Assembly (NCBI GenBank): GCA_030704615.1
Contig: CM060731.1
Span: 36,766,001-36,830,000 of the forward strand
Direction of reading: 5' to 3'
DNA length: 64,000 nt
From: Takakia lepidozioides
Taxonomy: Eukaryota; Plantae; Bryophyta
Below are positions 1 to 10,281 of this stretch, one piece after another. The notes under the pieces are model-generated. The model did no database searches, was not told where the DNA came from, and worked only from the letters and a program-made list of their open reading frames with translations. Each line of letters begins with the position of its first letter. The stretch's first letter is position 1. Made by a program: the position numbers and the translations under genes.

Positions 1-967
1 CGAGTTTTTCGAATCACTTTTAAGAGGTAAATCGAGATGTTTGGATGCTCTTAAACCCTGCAGGCCGGAAGACAAACGTGGTGCTCGTCCACTTCCGAGA
101 AGACTGTACTTGCAAGTGGACAACTCTGCGAAGGACAATAAGAACAGATGGATGCTTGCTTTTCTATCCCTCCTGACTGGCAAAGATGTTTTTGAAGAAA
201 TCCAGCTAGGGTTCCTAATGGTCGGACACACCCATGAGGACATCGACGGGTTCTTCAGCTACCTATCGAAGAAGCTGAAGGAACGAAGCACCTACATTCT
301 TTCTGATTTGATGAGGTCTTTTATGACCTCGCAAGATCTGCAGTTCATTCCACAGATTATTTAGGAGGTTCCTGACTTCAAGAATTTTGTCTAGGGCTGT
401 ATTTTGGATGGAAAGGAGGCGTTGGTCGGGATTTCGGAGATGCACGTATTCCGTTTTTTTAAGGATGCGGAGGGCTGGCCCGTCATGAAGTACAAGAAGT
501 CCGCTACTGATTCGGATTGGCTTCCAACAAACAATAGCGTGAAGATGTGGAAGTCCAATCCTGACAGGACTCCGAAGCTCCCTGAAGGAGACCCAGACGC
601 CGTTCCAAGGAGACCTATCTGGGGAGTCGAGGACGACTCCTCCGAAAAACAGTCATTCATTAAGAATGAAATAAAAAAATACAGGGATTTTTGGACGAAA
701 TGAATGATGCTTGACGATCATTACAGAGGTCGAATGGAACAATACGACCAATACTGGGGAAACATTCTCGCCGAGCTGGATAAGCCAATTCCAGAAGCTC
801 CCGACCGTATTCAGCTTCTTGAGGGATTCTGGCCGAAAACAAATTGGTCCAGGAATCATCACAGAGATGGAATCCATCCACATATATTGCCAGATGTGGA
901 TGAAGAGGATGAAATCCTAGAACCTTACTGTGGCCCGAGGTGTGAGCGACTAACCCAACAGACTTAG
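1..967 (+). pseudogene. Sola-like (DUF7869-type) DDE transposase, C-terminal part, with in-frame stops
   Basis: Motifs LYLQVDNSAKDNKN and FLMVGHTHEDIDGFFS. ORFs 41-364, 404-703 and 704-967 share one frame and are separated by TAG (362, 392) and TGA (701). Confidence 0.75.
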
Positions 968-1989
968 AAAGGTACAGGGACTGTTGATCAAAACTTTGGG
1001 AGTATAACTCGTCAGATCCTTCTCAATGGATCCACGTGAACAATGTTGTGTGGACAATGCCTCCACGAAAAAATACAACAAGGAATAGCATTAAGAGAAT
1101 TACTGCCACCGAAGCAGTGAAGGCGCGCGCTAATTTGGAGGAGGCTAATTGTCAGTCAGAAAACGAGTCGTGCGAGCGAGTTCCAGAGCAAAGAAATATT
1201 GTTGAGGTCAACTCCAGTACTTCGATTTAAGAAATAAATTTTTCTTCTCTATATGACCCTTCTTGTTTGCGTTGGGGGATCATTTTTGTTATCTTCTTAT
1301 GTCGCACTGAACCTCGAGTGTCCAGTGGACGTTCTCGTCCTTTGTTTCTGGTTTGATAGATGTTGGTCTGCTATACGTCCTGGTCAACAAAGATGACCCT
1401 GTGGGGGAGTTTTGCCTACATAACATATAGATCACAAGAACAAAATGGGCGGGCACGACCACTGGAGTCTTCAAATTCGGTCAAAGAGGTTTTTAACAAC
1501 GGAAGAAAATAGTCCATTTCCAGTCCTTCTCTGAAACATTGGACTTGCTTTTCACATAACCAATTCTCCCACTGAAGTCTCCCGCTAGGAGGAGCCTTAC
1601 TCAATCGTTGTTGACATACAGTTTTTCAATTTGTCAGTCCTCAAGTTTTTTCTATGATGGCTGCCTTCCACCTGCCTCCGAACCTGCACTGCCGCTACCG
1701 CTGTTACTCTGAGAAGCCCTCCCCTCAAAGGTTTTCCTCCATTTTCCCTCTAAGCTCTACGACTTTTCTGCACCAAATTTTCATTTCATTTCATTTTCAT
1801 ACTTCTCATCTTTAGCCCTAGTTTAAGAGGAAATTTCATATGTCATTTTTCGTTGTTCAAATTCAATTTTTATTTCTCATAGTTTTTATTTGGTGGTTGA
1901 CTTTTTATCCTCTCTCATGTTTTCTTCAGATCCATTTTCTCCCATGAGATAAGTCGTTATATAATGCCATTTTCTTTCCAAATCTATTC

Positions 1990-2040
1990 ATACCATAACC
2001 ATAGCCATAAACATAACCATAGCCATAACCATAACCATTA
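1990..2040. repeat. (ACCATA/GCCATA)n hexamer microsatellite
   Basis: accataaccatagccataaacataaccatagccataaccataaccatt. Confidence 0.8.
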
Positions 2041-2245
2041 TGGTTATTGAAATGTCTTCTCCCTTCACATTTGCGCTAGCTTTTTTCTTTGTTTTGGATT
2101 GACATGTATTTAGGCATGTTACAGTTTGCTTTCTATGTTACATCTTAATACTAGGTCCAGGTTCCAACGACAAGTTTTTCATTTAAATACTTGTCCATAA
2201 TATTAGGTTCTTCATTTTTTTTTTGCTTACTAGTACCCTACAAAC

Positions 2246-2657
2246 AACACTAAGTTCTAGTGAAGTATGGAGTTTTCCATAAGACTTAGTGTTTGTCTAT
2301 TTTGTAACTTAAACAAAAACCCTAAACCCTTACCCTAAACCCTTACTAGAAAACCCTAAACATTTACCCTTAACCCAATACCCCAGAACCCTTTCCCTTC
2401 CCTTTGCAAATGAGAATCAACTATCCATATCATAATTATAACCATTTTGGTTATCCAAATCTCTTCAATGTAACGGAATTTTCATTTTGTATCATACTAA
2501 CATACACTAAGTTGTAGCGAGTGCAAGTCTTCCGACATATATGCTCACCATTTCTGCCTTCAACCCAAACCCTAAACCCTCGCCGGGAACCCTAAACAAA
2601 ACCTTACGCCATTGTTACGTCTAAACCCTTACCTTCCCTTGCAAATGGGAATGAACA
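2246..2657 (+). repeat. Two diverged copies (about 260 bp apart) of a unit containing degenerate telomere-like CCCTAAA motifs
   Basis: acactaagttctagtga (~2247) vs acactaagttgtagcga (~2504). Both are followed by aaaccctaaaccct... and end in ttgcaaatgagaatcaac / ttgcaaatgggaatgaac. Confidence 0.7.
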
Positions 2658-2797
2658 GGACCAACCACACGAACCTCGCCTGCCCAGTGGAGGTTCCTGC
2701 GTGTTACTATGCCAAGGCACAACATAAGGATGTATTGAGATAGACTTATGTAGGTTCCTCCCCTGCGTTAATTTTTTGTTCTGTCAGTATAAAAAGA

Positions 2798-3357
2798 ATG
2801 GGCGTAGGAGTGCATACGGTGGCCAAAGATGGTTCTGAGATCGTCGTCGACATCTGTAAGAGGCCAAGGAGACATAATCCAGTAAGCATCAACGAAGCAG
2901 AAAACCAAGACGAATCACTGGTTGTATCGAAAACAAAAACCTTCAAGAAGAGATCTGAGAATCAAATATCAGATGTGGGCTCTGACGTGCGAACCTTCAT
3001 AAATCCGGGCACTGACGAATCAATGTTCGAGGGACTTATTCGACGGGAGACAACGGAAGAAACAGAGGAAGAGAAAGATGAAAGTGATGAGTGTAATCTT
3101 CAGTCTGATTCAGATAATGACATTTCTGTAGGAGATAGTGAACAGTACCCGGGATCCGTCCTTCCGTCCTCTCCAGGATACAGTCCTCACTCTCCTCAGT
3201 ATGCAGTCCTTGTAAATTCTCCAAAATATGTCCTGCAGATTCTCCTCAGTACGTCCCTGGAGATTCTCCAGAATACATCTCTGGAGATTCTCCGACATAT
3301 ACACCTAGAGAGTACTCCCCTGAAACCTTGAGGACGATTCGAGAGAGCCTCCTGTAG
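2798..3357 (+). CDS. TE cargo protein: acidic region plus Pol II CTD-like Y-x-P-x(-x)-S-P repeats (one -1 frameshift near 3232)
   Basis: ORF 2798-3331 contains SPGYSPHSPQY. 24-nt DNA repeats (gattctcctcagtacgtccctgga etc.) read YVPADSPQ YVPGDSPE YISGDSPT YTPRE YSPE if one C is restored. Confidence 0.55.
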
Positions 3358-3580
3358 TTATTGTAGATACAAGAAAATGAAAAGATCAAACTCATCTTAC
3401 AAAAGAATATCGATTTCTTGTAGAAATTATATATTCGTTATAGGAACAATTTTGAGACCGCATGATGTATAGAATGGCGAGACAAGCCTTCTCTGAATAA
3501 ATGTATTATTCTTCTTATAAGTGAAATCGTTTTTTCCTCCTGAATTGAACTCTTTTATCTGTCAGCTATGAGCGTATGAA

Positions 3581-6044
3581 TTGTTGAACCTCCACTTGAC
3601 AATGGAGGTTACTGTCCTGGGAATCTTGTATGGTTGTCATGATATGTGTCTGAGGACCGAGGTGGTTTGTTCTGTGGACAACAACATTATCCCGAGGGAT
3701 TGTATTGTTGGAATGTGCAAACCTATATGTGATTCATTTGTTTCTCGAAAATCTCCGAATTTCAAGAATGATCACTTGGCAATTTTTGAGCTGAACCCGG
3801 AGATCACAGAATGGGGCATTGTACCCATTGGCACACCTCCGGACCATAAGTTCCGGTTCCAATACAAGATTAGTGCAGAGGTCGCCGAGCTCAAATATGC
3901 AGATGTGGTCGACGTAGAGCTGGAGATGGATGTGGAATTTCCGATGTTGGTAATGTTCATGATGGAAGATGATAGATTTCCCAGAACGATTGGCTTCAAA
4001 CTGGAGCTACGAATTCTAAGGAAGGCCATGATGAGAGAGTTCATTCGGGCGGGGTTCACATATTGCGACGAGGGTACTCAATTTACAGATGAAGGTTTTT
4101 GCATGGCTTGGGGTATTTTCTTGGATGTGCTTTACTTAAAGGGTAAGGAGATTGCAAAGATGCGGGAGGAGGAGGCTGCAAGAGCTAAGCCAAAGAAGGG
4201 AAAACATAAATCCATTGACGCCGGTGGTGATGACAATGAAGCCGATACATCAGGGGGAAAGAAGAAACAAAAGGAGGAGATGGATCCTGCGTTCATGACA
4301 GATACCAAGAAACCCAAGGCTGCAGACATATTCGACAAAGACAAGTGTGAGAAGATGCTGGAGAGGCTAGAGCAAGACTATAAGGACATGTTTCCTTTTG
4401 GGTTTGAGGCGACCCAGGACGTCAAAGTTTCCATGATGGAGCTTGCTCTCAGCGATATGGTGTATAGGCCCCTAAATGTGAAGCACAAAGACGAAGTCAA
4501 AGCGCGTCTTTACCAGCTCCGGGTGTTTGACTCCAAACATCCAGTTTATTTGATTCCCGCAAACCCCGAGAAGCCTATGGAGGTTTCTAGTTCGAAACCT
4601 CGAAACTGGAAGGAGGTGGAAAATTCCAGATTTTTCGTCATCGGTGGACAACACACGATCATTGCTGCCAAGGTAAATTTCCCGACAAAATCCAATTTTT
4701 GTAACAACATGAACCTCCACTGGACAGTGGAGGTTCATGAACTTTAAACAACATGCTTGTTAGGTCGATAACATTTCTGACCTTATTCAATTCTGTCGCA
4801 GGAACTTGTGCAAGACGTAGACGACGACAATCTTAAGAAGTACTACACTGACTGGCCCTCAAAGATTATATGGTCAAAGGATCTGATGAGGCTCGTGAAG
4901 CTATCTAAGCTCCTAAACGACCCGAAAAAAGCGCAAAAATTTGACACAACATTTGCCGAGAAAGTTGCACATGCCCGAAATTTCTTTGAACTGAGGGGGA
5001 GGCCGAAAAAGTACAACGATCACACAACGAAGTCGGAGACTAGACAATGGAAGGTAAATGATTCATTGTGTTTTCCGTTCTTTTTGCTAGAGAACCAAAA
5101 TATTTTCAAGCTCGGATTTAATGTGACGAACGGAGACCACATTACGAAGCAGGAGACACTACAAAAATAGCTTCATAAGGGAGGGTGCTACAATGAACGA
5201 GCGGGATGGTTCAGCATTCGGAAATTCGACATAATGGGGTCTTTTGTAATGTGTCTTATTTGGTAATGAGGTGCTTGTCCAGCTCTTATTTTCCCAATCT
5301 ATTTATGTTCTCCACCTGTAACAGTTCCGCAAATGTGCCGCAAAAATACTTGAAACATCATATGATCATGAAAACGTGATGTTGCGGAGAACGCTTCCAA
5401 AACTTTTCATGCTCATTGGGTTTTTCAAGGATTTTCTAGGTACACTCTTGGAACTGTTCTTGGTGGAGAACATGAATAGATTGGACAAATTTGAACCGCA
5501 TTCCGAAGCAGGAGACACTACAGAAAGAGCTTCAAATTACAAGGCACAACAAGATGGACGGAGATGAATTGACAATCGAATCATCACTTGGTGTATAGTA
5601 TAATTGACAAGATAGTTGTGACTATTGTTTCATCTCAAAATTAATATCAAATATCGAATGAAATGTTTAACTTTAGCCCTGATAATTTTCGTAGGAATTT
5701 ATGCAAGCATGTCAACTCATACTGGAGATGGGTAGCGTGAAGGAGGCCATGGTTCTGGTTCTCTGTGACAAAGATGTATGGAACCTGTGGGAGGAGGTTT
5801 TCAAACAGTGGGAACAAGGGAAGCTTATTGATATTTTTGGGATTAAGTGCAAGGGTGAACAGCTACCGCTGAATAAAACCGCTATCGCGAAACTGCAAGG
5901 ACTTAATAGCAGGCAGTTGAAAAGAGTGGCGGAGAAAATCCTAAACAGAGACATTTGCATTCGGGGAACGAAATTCAAGGGCGCGGACAAATCCAAAAAC
6001 AAAATGAGCACGTACATTGACCAAATGAAATTGCGACGGTTTAT
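3581..6044 (+). CDS. TE-borne ParB/Sulfiredoxin-like domain protein, 5' part (spliced; interrupted by MULE insertion)
   Basis: VYRPLNVKHKDEVKARL...PVYLIP...RFFVIGGQHTIIAAK resembles the ParB/Srx core (R...[D/G]G[Q/N]H[R/T]xxA). GT-AG intron about 4672-4801. Further exons at ~4802-5053 and 5701-6044. True start uncertain. Confidence 0.6.
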
Positions 6045-6245
6045 CAACGACGCAATGGCGTGAGCGTTGCGCGTGAGCGTGCGAGCGTACGCTCACGCAG
6101 GAGTGATGTGGCGTGAGCGTACGCTCACGCCAGCTGACGTGGCGTGAGCCTGCACACACGCTGACGTGGCGTGAAAGTCATGTCAGCATGCTGATGTGGC
6201 GGTAAATGATGACATGGCACTGTCCGTCATCTGCCACGTCACCAT
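6045..6245 (+). repeat. Left TIR/subterminal region with repeated GTGAGCG/CGCTCAC and TGACGTGGC motifs
   Basis: gcgtgagcgt...gctcacgc several times; ctgacgtggc, ctgatgtggc, tgacatggc. Mirrored at about 14880-15010. Confidence 0.8.
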
Positions 6246-6695
6246 TAACGTGCGCTGCCTATAACCGTGGATGGTCCTATGACCGTGGAATTAATGCAGG
6301 GAATCTTGCCTAAATAGAATCAAGACGAGCATTGAGGCCTACAATTGCAGCATCCAACATTGTGCAATTACAAATGCTTGTTTCACTTTTACAATTACGA
6401 GGACGACAAAATATCCTCACAAAGTGTGCGCCATAAAGGCTGCCACGGGAAGACCTTCCTCCCTCCTCAAATAACAATGAGAGTTAGGATCATCTTCAAA
6501 AGATGATTGTAGTGCATAGCGACAGCAAGACATGTAGACTTCGAACGGTGCAATGACAAATGTGCACTACCTAAAAGTTGTCACTCAGAGCTCACTCCGT
6601 ATAGTTGGAGGACATATCATTGCACAGCCGACGAATTGATGTGAATTACACATTTCAAATCATGGTCATCCACATACCACATTACATAGTTCATG

Positions 6696-9600
6696 CTACC
6701 CATGTGTTGTATCCCGCTGCAAAAGAGTATCGACCTCGTTGAAACTCATAGTGGCCTGGTGAATGAAGTTGTCACGTTTGGGATCGCAAACCATCCTCCT
6801 CAAAAATATGAAATACAAATGTTTGCAGGGTATGAATTTACCTCTCTTGCCCAAACTGGTTGATAGCATATTCACAAAATCAGGACATGTGCAATTGGGG
6901 AAATTGGAAACCGTGATGTCGTAGGTCCTGTCATGAACAGCAGATGTGGAAGTGATGATTGTGAATACCCGACCATATCCTGAATCGGGTACTTCCGTGG
7001 TGCTTCCAACACGAGCTTGGAGCATTCTTGCGGACTCCACTTTGCCAAAGTGTTCAGCGGTTGGAGGGCTTTCCATCTCGTTTGGTTGGCCACAAGTCAG
7101 GATTTGCCAGGGGGACCCGGGAGGACGCAGAAGTAGTAGCACATGCATGGAGTTGGGGTTGTCTTGCAAGGGAAAAACCTGCCTCCTCCAGCATTTCAAT
7201 CTCCTGAAAGCTGAGATGTGTTCCCACCTTCACGGGCCAAACGGTTGGAGGAGTTGGCTTCATCACTACGGAAGGACGCACAGTTCCATGCATACATCTG
7301 GCACAATCATCTGCGCAGAACCAGAACTTGTGGTTCTTGGCTTCTAGTTGACCGTATGGACGCATCAAGCCCGTGAAAAGTCGGAGCAGGAGTTCGGACA
7401 CCACCTCTGGATATAGATGAAGTGCACTTCTCGAAATTAGTTGCCTTGATCGCTGTACATTTCACACGAGACCCTACACTTGTGCGTTCTATGTGCCAAA
7501 CGTGGTCGGGGCATGCGGACTCAAGCACATCAAGGGGGTTGTTTCTCTCCTACACCATTTCAGTGGCACTGTTTGATGCTGGAGCTTGCCGTCGTGTTGG
7601 AGGTTCCTCCACAATGGAGGTTCCGGACATGGAGTTGTCATGCAGGGGAACACGAGGCTTCAAGAAGTTATCACGGTCTGCCCTGTGGGAATCTGAATCC
7701 GAACCAGGTGGAGTGTTCAATTTCCTCTTACAGGAGCCGAATCTCTCCTCCCCTTCAAGATGTGGAACTCTAGAAACAAGTGGCGTTCCCTGGGCATACA
7801 TGCTCACCGCCCGTGCTATCTTGATTGGATCCCCAGATCTGTTTGCAGCACGCAACATCAACTCCCATTTGTCTGGACCCTTGCCACCAACCCCACCTCG
7901 TAAGAAATCACGGTATCGGGTTTGTTGTTGCAAGACACGTATCAAATCATCTGTTGTTGCCACATACAAATCCCGACCTCGTTTCCCAGACTGCTGCAAC
8001 AATGCGTTGTGCACAGTTTCTGCCAAATTGCAAGATGGCATGTCCGCCATTTCCTCAATGGATATGTTCTGCAAAGAGGATAACCACACTTCAGAACAGT
8101 GCACAGGAAACAACATAAAGAAAGCAATGAGTCAAAAATATGGAAAGCAAATGTATGAATAAAGCATGAAATAGAAGCCTCGTACCATTGTCATGGCTGC
8201 TCCCCACTGTCTATACCGGAAGTGCCAAAACGCCAGCCAATCTTCCAATGCTCTCATACTCTCAAGTGATGCAGCTCCAGAAGAGAACCACCATGCACGA
8301 ATTGTCTGGAACAAAGTGTCCGCCTCCTTCATTGTTCTAGCATCTTTGTACTCTTTGCACAATTTACGGTGCTGAGTCTGCATCTCTGGTTTGATGTCCG
8401 ACTTTGTATGTTTTTCCAGAGATTGTGTCCAATGGAATAGACATGTATGCTCTCTTCCTGGCATAGGCACTTTTGGGTCGCCCGATCCGAAGACAATACG
8501 AACAGCATTGAAATTTGCTTGAGCACTGTCCGCCATGAAACCTGCGAAATTTGGAGATGGCACCCATGGCAGCCCATGACACGTATCAGGGAATTCCACA
8601 TGAGCTTCTGGGATTCCGTATCCTCGGATTGCATGTCACAAACTGCAATTGTCATAACTCGTTGGTACACTGGATCGTGGACATGACAAGCCATTGTCGT
8701 CCAATCCTTCACTCGTTTCACATGATCAAACATAAGAAAACAGTTCTGCAAGTCCCCAGTCTTCTGCATCCGCTTCACGAGGCTAACCCCACTGCCCTCC
8801 CCAACAGTCGACATTTTGAAAAGAAAAACTTTGATGGCACCTTGACCTGGGAATACATTGTCCTGGATGTAATCGTACTTGCTCACTCGTTTCAATTCCA
8901 AAATATTGTCTATATAGCCTCTGATCCCAGAGCCCATTCTCAATGCATTGATCTGATGCCGAATGTTAGGTGAACTTAAAGTGGAGAAATGATCCACGAC
9001 CAGGTCCAATGCTGCACCGTCAAGTTTAGTCCCCACAGAATCTCCTTCACTCAAAATATGGGTTTCCAAGAAGGACTTGCTTGCGCCAAGAGCAATTGCA
9101 GATGTTGTTGCGGATGGGTTTCTCCCGAACTCCTGTTTGATCAACCTCGATACTGTCTCAACACTCTCCCTGTAATCCCCCTTCGAGACAGGATGGTTAT
9201 GGAATCCAAAATGCACACAAGCTCTCGTCATTGTATTCAAACGGTGGACAACATAGTACATTCTTGCTCCGCAGAGCGCCAAACAGGATGGCACAAGTTT
9301 GCAGAATTTGCAGACGAAAGTGTTTGCCGGTGGAGGGGCAGTCCCAGGCTGAAATGGATTTTCCGCCAGACCCTCCCATTCGCTTTGATTATGAACCCCA
9401 GACTGAAAAAGTGTCTGCAATTCAAATTATCACACCTAAGGTGTCCATTGCAAACTGTCCTCCTGAAAACAAGCTTGTCATCATTCTGAATATTGGATGT
9501 TTTTGTTCTGCACCACGGGTGCCCGTCGTGTTTCTTGTCCATTCCATGCATCATGATTGTTACACCTCCAACTTGCGGAGGAGGAGGCAGCTCGAATAGG

Positions 9601-10196
9601 ATATCGCCATCAAAAGTCTCCGGCAAGAACTTCACAGGCACCTGCTTCAAAGATTCCCAATCAATTCCCCGCAACTCACTTTTGAATCCAGCCATTCCTC
9701 CCATCGCCCGCAATTTTGGAATGACACTACAAATCTCTTCTTCATCAGCTTCTCCAACCACAGTAGGAAGGACTGGATTTGGAATTTCACTTATGTCATC
9801 ATCGGACGAATCCGAAAGCTCAACGATTGGAGTGGAGGACTTTGTTCTTTTTTCACCACCACCTCCCTCTTTGTCTTCAACGACCGAAGCAGCAGTCCCG
9901 GGCGTCACATATGACCCAAGGGACTTTCGCCGAGGCTCTCCAAGTACTCTGTATCGACCAGGACGCACTCTCCACTGGCTGATATGAGCCGTCTCATCAC
10001 GGTTTTGGAAAGAATATTTCAACAACTTCCCTTTAAGATCGTACACCTCTTTCTCCAAAAAGATGGAGCCATTCTGCAGCTGAAAACGGGTAGCCAAGAC
10101 ATATTCCAAAACAATTGCAAATCCATTGTCAAGGACTTCCTGGGAGAACGGCACTGGTTTGTCGTCAGAGAAGAACTCCGCTTCAGAGGAAGGCAT
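6696..10196 (-). pseudogene. MULE transposase with GCM/WRKY-like Zn DNA-binding domain, DDE core and SWIM finger (frameshifts and one stop)
   Basis: HDGHPW...CNGHLRCDNLNC...CKFC...HFGFHNHP (WRKY-GCM1-like). LMFDH, FMADSA, CLFHW and NLAETVH give D, D, CxxH, E. CTCPDF...PCKHLYF is a SWIM finger. Pieces: 9237-10196, 8329-9420, 8132-8599, 7550-8116, 7307-7528, 7054-7404, 6696-7199. Confidence 0.85.
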
Positions 10197-10281
10197 CTTC
10201 CTTCCTCGCGTACGTTTGTACCTTGCTATCGCAGATCTAGTGTAAATCGGTTTACTGATGTCTCCAGAACACAGTTGAAGA

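Noticed and set aside
362-703. Stop-codon readthrough, alternative genetic code or U-to-C editing to explain in-frame stops
   Set aside because: Neighbouring host genes use the standard code with normal stops. Methylation-driven C-to-T decay of a TE is simpler.
2310-2640. True telomere or chromosome end
   Set aside because: The motifs are few, degenerate and internal.
7598-7624. cctccacaatggaggtt as a tenth copy of the outer palindrome
   Set aside because: The spacing is wrong, it is only a partial match, and it lies in MULE coding sequence.
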